Part shown: in pieces, positions 46,539 to 64,000 of the stretch | How positions within the stretch are numbered: the stretch's first letter is position 1 | How the letters are laid out: every line of letters begins with the position of its first letter | NCBI GenBank assembly: GCA_033442325.1 | Contig: JAWQFM010000012.1 | Span: 755,526-819,525 of the forward strand | Source: Salpingoeca rosetta | Taxonomy: Eukaryota; Protista; Choanoflagellata | Direction of reading: 5' to 3' | Length of the DNA: 64,000 nucleotides | The notes under the pieces: generated by a model | The model's input: only the letters and a program-made list of their open reading frames with translations | What the model was told of the DNA's origin: nothing | Databases searched by the model: none | Translations under genes and position numbers: made by a program

Positions 46539-47479
46539 TGATGGTGGTGGTGGTGGTGGTGGTGTTGTCGTGTTGCACAATGGGGCACGTGACGAGGAAT
46601 GTGAGATGATGTGTGCGTGCATGCAAACTTGGGGACGGGAGGGGGGCAACGTGCGACGAGGTGACTGGGGTTTTGTTGTGTGCTCATGCTGCACTCACAC
46701 ATGCCTTCACACACATGTGCAGACATTGCTGGAACAAGCTTTGCTTGAGCTGTTGTTTGTTACAATCGATGATGGTTCGCATTCGTGTGCGCGTGCGTTG
46801 GTTTTGTTTTGTTATTGTGCTGCTGCTTTTCCTGGTTCTATTGTGTTGCTCTGTCCCTTTGCGCACCTTTTTCGTCCGTGTTGTATTTCCTTCTCACAAC
46901 CAGAAGCATCGGAGATGCTCATGTTATTCGTCTGTTTGTTGGCTCTTGTGCTTGCAAGCAAATGTGCTTCGCCGTCATGCCACTGTGATGAGTGGTGCTG
47001 TCTACTGGCCGCTGCTCGCATTTATCAGCCAATGCGACCTTGACACCCAATTAAATGAAACGACAACCAACCTGCGTGCGATGGTGGATGTGCTTGCTTG
47101 CAAGCGTGTGTGTGATGGTGGATGTGCTTGCTTGCAAGCATGTGTTCACGCCTAATTGCTGTTCCGCACCACTCATGCGCCGCGCGCTTCTCCTGCCAGC
47201 CATGACATCATCGGCACTGTCCTTGGCGGGTTTATTCTCAATCATTCTCTTTCATCATCGCATCGTGAATTACAATTGGAGCAGAACAAGGCAATCAGTC
47301 GTCACATGTGTGCATGTGCACAGCAGAAGAAAAGCGAGCGGCGGGTAACAGACGCGCAGAAGCAAAACGTTAGTGTATGGTGTGCGCACGCATATGTGTT
47401 GTGTGTGTGTATGTGTGTGTATGTGTGTGTGTGTCTGTGTCTGTGTGTGCGTGTGTGCGTGTGTGCGTTTGCTAGTTCA

Positions 47480-54585
<7,106 letters not shown>

Positions 54586-54876
54586 TGTTGTGTTGTCTGC
54601 TGTCTGCTGTTGTCTGTCTGTGTGTTGTTGGTGCTGGAAAATCTCTGGTGCTTTCATCGTGTCGTGAACGGCCTGTTGTGTGTGCATTTGCGACCTGCGT
54701 GCATTTCTGTCCTCCCACAACCGAACACCCAACGACGACACACCCGACGAAACACCCGACCAACCAACCGGCAGCATCGCCGCCGCTGGGAATCGCCGGC
54801 CCGCGTGGCGTTCTTGATCCTGCTCACCCCAAGGATCAGTCGCCTTGTTCTTTAGGGGGTTCCCGTTCCTTTTGGG

Positions 54877-57434
<2,558 letters not shown>

Positions 57435-57960
57435 TGGAACTCCATATTCACAGCCATTTTACTTGACCGTATTTTTTTCCATCTGCAGCACGCTTTGTAG
57501 GAGGGTTATGATGATCATTTTGTGTGCACGTACGTACGTGTGTGATATGTGTGTGCGTGCAGGCCAGCATACGAGCGTGTGTGCGTTTTCCTTTCTTCGT
57601 TTGCTCGCGCACATGCCAAGCTTGTCTCTGTTGCCATTGCCACAGTCACTGTTACCTGTCCGCTGCTATACGAGCGTTTGTATTTGCAATGCACATGACA
57701 CACAAAGCGACCGATTAAACAAGAGCGTAATTGAACAGATTGTCTGGTTGTGCTACTGAGGCGTGTGTCACGTAACGATGCAAGAGCAAAACCACCAGCA
57801 CCACCGCTGTTGCTGCTGCTGCTACAGCAGTGTGATGACAGCCGAGATTGTGTAGTCGTAGTCGTTGAGAAGCGCAGAGCAAAACAAGTGCGCCGACACA
57901 TTCACAAAACCACTACTATCAAAAGAAAATGAAAACAAAAGAGAAAAACACGCTTTTTCG

Positions 57961-58243
57961 ACAACAACAACAGCAACAACAACTTCAACAACAACTTAAA
58001 CAACTTAAGCAACAACAACCAACAACCAACAACAGCAACAACAACAACAGCAACAACAACAACAACAACTTAAACAACAACAACCAACAACCAACAACAG
58101 CAACAACAACAACCAACAGCAACAACAACAACCAACAGCAACAACAACTTAAACAACAACCAACAACCAACAACAACCAACAGCAACAACTTAAACAACA
58201 ACTTAAACAACAACGACGACGACGACGACAACAACAACAACAA
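57961..58243. repeat. (CAA)-rich degenerate repeat with recurring cttaaa, just 3' of the zinc-finger gene
   Basis: About 280 bp of caa/cag/cca triplets. Confidence 0.85.
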
Positions 58244-58256
58244 CATGACATTCCTA

Positions 58257-59117
58257 CTATGATCTCGACATGTGTCCGAGCCGCCAGCACTTTGCACGCT
58301 CGTGGAACTGCTGCGAATACATGGGGTGCACAATCATGTGCTCACCAGCAATCTGCTCAAGGGTCCGGTGTTGCGTGTGTTGTGCGGATGCAAGAAGGGT
58401 GCAGGGCGAGGCGCTTGTGAGGGCAATGATGCGGGGGCCACCACGCATGGTATGCAACAGCAATGCAAGCACGCACAACAAGCGATACCCTCACGCCCAC
58501 CTCACCTCGACCGTGTGTGCAGCTGTGAGCCAGTCCAAGATATCGAACGGGGACGATTTCTTCGCCCACTGCTTCGTCTGAGAGTCAGTAGAAGAACAGC
58601 CATCAGCGCAGAGTGAGACAATCAACGCAGCAGCGGTGTGAAGCGATGTAGCGCACCCAACAACAGACAACGCATGCGTGGGCAAGCATGCATGCACGCG
58701 TAGCATTCATGATGGCAGACACACACTAATCATGTCAGATCACGCCACGTCACCACCGCCGGCATCACCTTGATGTCACGGCAGCGTTGGCAGCGGTGAT
58801 GGGCTGCACGGCCACGGATTGGCGGCTCCGCGCAGTCGCGATGAAACTGCTTCTCGCACCTGGCGTGGGTTGTGACACAGAGGTGAGATAAGCAACAGGG
58901 AAGGCTGAAAGGCGGTGTAGGGAGTCGGGAGAAACAACTTCTTGAACAGTATCACGCGCTCGCGTTGACTCGCATATCTTACGGGCTCACTCGCACACAA
59001 ATTTACACACACACACAGACTCACACAAACACTCACACTCGCACAGACACTCACAGACAACCATACACACACTCTCTCACACTCGCACAGACACTCACAG
59101 ACAACCATACACACTCA

Positions 59118-59178
<61 letters not shown>

Positions 59179-60365
59179 GCACAACTGACGTGATGCATCT
59201 GTGGAGACGTTTGCCGCCTTTGCCACACTTGTGGCAGATACAGGTGGCCTGCTGTTGGCTGTCGCTCGCTGCTCCCTCGCTGGTGCGGCCACTCCTCAAC
59301 CCGCCGCTGCCAAACATCGGGAACCCAATCGCCGCCATACCGTGCGCGCTCGCGGTACTGCCATTGCTCCCAAGGTGAGCCGTCGGCACGCTGGCCACAG
59401 GGACGTACACACTTTGCAACAGGCTGCCCTGTCCATGCTGCGCCCACACAGTGTTGCTGAACCGATGCCCTTTCCCTCTCCCTTTGCTGCCGGTGGGTGT
59501 GATGGCCGTCATTGTCATTGTTGTCATCGTCGTCGTTGTCGTGGTGGGGGTGTTGGTGGTGGTGGTGGTGGTGGTGGTGGTGTTGTTGTTGTCTGCGTGG
59601 CCCCATGCACTTGACGATGCAGACGACAGCGACGACGCCGACGATGGCGCTGATTGTGCTGCAAAGGACGAGGCAATGGGCACGGGCGCACACACCGCGG
59701 CGCCAACAGCGGATGTGGGCGGGGTTGTGCGCATGCGCGTCCACACGCCAGCGAGGTGCGGGTACATGTCGAGCAAGTGGCCCGACGAGCGACCAGAGCT
59801 CGTGGTGGAGACGCTTGACGCGCTCTCCGCTGCCGGCACAAATGACAGCTGCCGCGATGACGAAGACGCGGACGACGATGGACGTACCTCAACCTGCTGC
59901 GCTGTGTCAGGGCTTGTTGTCGTGGCTGCTCTTGGTATCGCTGCTGCTGTTGCAGTCAATGTGGAACCCGTTGCTGCTTCTGTCGCTGCTTCTGCTGCCT
60001 CTGCTGCTGCTGTTGTTATTGCTTCCACTTCGGCTGCTGGTGTTGGCGCTGTGGCCACTGCTGGTACCGGCACTGCATGCTCACTCGCTCCGTTCATGTC
60101 CCTATCCACGCCTTTTCTTTGCCTGCAAGCACAACCAGCGTCATCATCACCGTCACCATCGCCACAACATCGTGTTTGTCCACTGCAGCCATCACACGTG
60201 TCATTTGCTGCAAGCTTCTTTCGCTTCCGTGGCATCTCCTCTTCTTCTCTTGTGTCGTTGCGACCGTGGGCCTTGCGATGATTGCTGCACGCTGTATCAT
60301 GCCCATTACCGTTCTCCACAGCACCACCGTCACCATCCGCGTCCCCATCATCACCATCATCACCC

Positions 60366-60452
<87 letters not shown>

Positions 60453-62415
60453 CCCTCATCACCATCATCATCGTCGTCGTCGTCGTCGTCGTCGTCATCA
60501 TCATCAATGTCAGACGGCAGCCGCTGTCGCACACGGCGCCCATTGCCGTTGACTCTCGCGCTCGCACGCGTTGATATCCTCACTGCTTCACGCCCACTCC
60601 TCCGCCTTGTTGTGGTCGTGGTCGTGGCGGAGAAACCTATGGTGTGCGTGTCACCATTTGGAAGTAACGCCGGGGCTGTTGGTGTTGCCGTCGCAGCATC
60701 ATGCTCAGCTTGCGTGTGCTCATCAGCTGCTGCTGCTGCATGAGCAGTGTTGGCATCTCCACCATCATCTGCGCTGCCGCTGATGCGCTCCCTGTCGTTG
60801 TCGCCAGCGCCGCTGCTGTTTGCAGCATCACCATCACATCGTGTGGGTTTGGCTGAAGCTGGCGCTGGTGCTGATGTCGGTGCTGATGATAGTGATGCTG
60901 TTGGTGCTGTTGGCGCTGTTGGCGCTGTTGGTGCTGATGTTGCTGGTGCTGCCGACGCCTTGGTGAAGCGCGGATGGGCAAGGGACATGTGGATATCGCG
61001 TTCAAACGAGTGCACAAACACGCGCGGGCAGCTGCTGTCCAGACAATCCAGCACGACAGAGTCGGCAATGGACTTGGGGGGATGTTTGGCGGCAACATGG
61101 TGCACCATCTGTACCACACAACACACTGCGGTGTGAAAAGGACGCACGCATGTACAGCATCTGGGAGACACAAAGTTACATGCGCACACACACACACACA
61201 CACACCCATGCACACACGCACGCACACACATGCACATACACACACGCACACACACACACACACACCCATGCACACACACATGCACACACGTACGCACGCA
61301 TGCACACACATACACACGCACACATGCACACACTCGCAACGGCACGGAACAGGTGTCGACATGGAGCAAGACGCTTCAATGCAACGTACAGCTCTTCGTG
61401 ACAGCGTCTTGTTACAATGATGATACCCACAGGTCACAGACCCCTGCAAGAAAACACACCACATACACACACACACGCACACCATACATACACACACGAA
61501 GGCAGTCGTAAGGTTGCGAAGCGACGACACAGGGGAGCCAGGCAAGCACGTGGCGCATGGCGGTGCTGCACACCTTGCTGCGTGCCTCCACGGCGATGTG
61601 GTCGTTCGTGATGTGTGCCATGAGGTCCTCGGTGTTCTTGTACGCGTGATCGCAGCGGCGCCAGCTGCACAGGTAGATGTCCGTGCACTCGACATATTGG
61701 TAGTCATGCTGTTCAGTGGTGCAAACACGCGGAGCACATCGACGGACAGGTGAGAAGGGAAGCAAGGCGGGGCGAGCGAGATCAAGGGAGCAGCACATCA
61801 GGTGAGTGTAGCTGGCGCTGCAAGAGACGCACCTTCACCACTGGCTTTCCAACCACCTTCTCATAGAGCCAGTCGCGGTGGGCCTGTGACGCGTGATTCA
61901 ATGATGTGAGTGCATTGGGTGGGTGGGGGGTCAGGGTGGGTGAGACGTTACACTACAGCGAGCACCAAGCAGAGATGCCGGGTGTAGGTCACGAAGCAGC
62001 AGCATGCATTTGAGATGTAACACCACCCAGGTGTAAAACACGCAGCAAGCAAGACCTCAGCCAGCACAACAGCGGTCTACACCTTTGAGCTTTGGTCGTG
62101 TGCGCTGAGGGCTTCGTCCAGCTCGACGATGCGCGGGATCACGCGGGTGCCAGCGGCATATGTAACTGTTGCTGTGGCGGAGGAAGCGGTGACGTGAGGG
62201 CATGCCAGGATGTGAAGGGCACAAGCTGGCGCAGCACACACAGCACAGGCACTGCAGACATGATGGAGGGTGTGAAAGCATCGGAGCAAGCGCGCAGGCA
62301 CGACCCACGACTTAAGCGAGCAGGACTCACAGGTTCTGCGGGTGCTGCGTCGTGGTTTGCCCTTTCCCATCCGCTTTGGCTTTGGCTTTGGCTTTGTTGT
62401 CTTTGGCTTGGCCAT
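58257..62415 (-). CDS. Nuclear zinc-finger protein: three C2H2-type fingers, long acidic low-complexity middle, C-terminal PHD finger
   Basis: CSWRRCDHAYKNTEDLMAHITNDH; CGYHHCNKTLSRRA-MVHHVAAKH; CLDSSCPRVFVHSFERDIHMSLAH; spliced PHD CHKCGKGGKRLHRCIT-CEKQFHRDCAEPPIRGRAAHHRCQRC; NLS-like PRKRKK. Confidence 0.8.
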
Positions 62416-62766
62416 GCTTGAACCCAGCAGCAAGCGGGGTTCGCCGTGCCGTGCGGTGCGTGATGCGCTGTGATGCGCTATGATACGCTGTGATGCGCGG
62501 TGCGCCGTGTGCGGTCGGTGGTGTTCGACAACAACGCACCCTTGGAAGTACCAGTCAGTGGCGCAGTCGGTGTGAGCGGTGTGCGTGTGTGGCGGGAAAA
62601 CACACAGCAACGTTTTGCCTTTTGTGTGCGTGTGTGTGTGTGCAGAGAGGAAGCCAAAGTCGAGAGAAGAGGAAGCAGTGGCTGTGTGCGTTGACGTTGA
62701 AGGTGTGGAGCTGAAGGTGTGTGTGGAGTTGTTTGACTGGCTGGCGAAGGACAAAGACGAACGGGG

Positions 62767-63937
62767 ATGGTTGCGTGGTTGACGAAGGAGCAGGTGGCGG
62801 ATACGCCATCGAGGAAGGATGGCATTGATGCAGATCGGGAGGCACGCTACAGGCGAGAGTGCATCCACTTTATCAAGCAACTGGCCATTCGATTCCAACT
62901 GTAAGCAAGCTGTGTGTGTGTGTGTGTGTGCGTACGTGTATGTGTGTGTGTGTGTGTGCGTACGTGTATGTGTGTGTGTCTGTGTCTCTGTGTGTGTCTG
63001 TGTCTGTGTGTGTGTCTGTGTCTGTGTGTGTGTGTGTGTGTCTGTGTCTGTGTGTGTGCGTGCGTACGTGTGTGTCTGTGTCTGTGTGTGTGCGTACGTA
63101 CGTGTGTGTCTGTGTCTGTGTCTCTGTCTCTGTCTGTACCTCTGTCTGTACCTCTGTCTGTACCTCTGTGAGTGTTTGATCTGTCCGATTGGCTTACAAG
63201 CGGCATCTCATCTTCGCACATTCACTTGTTCTCTCCATGCTGTGTCGTATCCGCCAGATCACCAAGAGTGTACATGACAGCGATGGTCATCTTTCACCGC
63301 TTCTTCCTCACACATTCGTTCAAAGACCTGTCCCGGCTGGTGAGTGAGTGTGTGTGTGCGTGAGTGTGTGTCTGTGTGTGTGCACGTGTCTGCATGTCCT
63401 CTTGCCTGGCAGCTCACTCGATCGATCATTCGAAAACCAACACCCACCACCCTCCTTCTCCTTCCCCCCCCCCCTCACCACCACTCCCAAAGAACTTTGC
63501 GGCCGCGTGCCTGTTCATTGGAGGCAAGATTGAGGAGCAGCCGAAGCGAATGCAGGACTTCCTTCCCGTGGTGCACGAGATGAAGCAGCGCGCACGAAAG
63601 CTCGCGCCAAGCCCTCTCTCTCCAAACGTGAGTGTTTGCGTGACGTGTGCGTCTCTGTGTGTGTCTGTGTGTCTGTCTGTGTTGTGTGTCTGTGTGTGTC
63701 TGTGTCTGTCTGTCTGTCCGTCCGCCCGTCTGCCTGTATGTGTATGGCATACCGAAGAGAACGAAGATGGTTCACTTGTTGACACGCCATGACTTGAATC
63801 ACACGCTTTGCAGGGGTACGCGCGGCTGCGCTTCATCTTGCAAGGGTGCGAACGTGCTGTCCTGCAGACCATAGACTTTGAGCTCAGCTACGACCACCCG
63901 CTCGAGCCCCTCCTCCAATACGCAAAGACTGTTAAAG
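62767..63937 (+). CDS. CCNK: Cyclin K / cyclin T family transcriptional cyclin, 5' part (continues past window)
   Basis: [33 protein letters not shown]; [16 protein letters not shown]; [16 protein letters not shown]; [17 protein letters not shown]. Confidence 0.85.
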
Positions 63938-64000
63938 GTGCGCCTGTGTATGTCGGTCTGTGTGTGTGTGTGTGTGTGTGTGCATGTCGGTCTGTCTGTG

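Noticed and set aside
57961-58243. CAA-rich tract as telomeric or coding poly-Q/N sequence
   Set aside because: No telomere unit is present; it lies between two convergent stop codons and is most simply low-complexity UTR sequence
60890-60945. Repeated PTAP motifs (Tsg101-binding late-domain motif) in the zinc-finger protein near the Vps28 gene
   Set aside because: They arise from a 9-bp low-complexity repeat in a nuclear-type protein; proximity is likely coincidence

Overview
Intron-rich eukaryotic genomic DNA. The (GT)n/(CA)n-filled introns and the animal-like gene set point to a choanoflagellate such as Salpingoeca rosetta, but this is an inference. By manually splicing GT-AG introns I reconstruct about 15 protein-coding genes, mostly alternating in strand: PDI (partial, HDEL), a PH-only protein, a large type-II membrane GT77 glycosyltransferase with extra domains, ZNHIT1/Vps71, CLEC16A, Nup85, a protein with an SVBP-like motif, a Shc-type PTB docking protein with a Tyr-rich tail, an intronless ~40-aa tandem-repeat protein spanning an N-gap, MRPL9, an ADAM10/17-like sheddase, an apparent NPF/coiled-coil/LIM-Vps28 fusion gene, PRXL2B/FAM213B, a C2H2+PHD zinc-finger protein and cyclin K (partial). 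The strongest leads are the in-phase LIM-to-Vps28 splice path, the SVBP-like helix in a large protein, introns with 5' (GT)n and 3' (CA)n lacking polypyrimidine tracts, the SH2-less Shc-PTB docking protein and the repeat protein. Most ORFs in the supplied track are microsatellite noise. All homology calls come from remembered family motifs, not from database searches.
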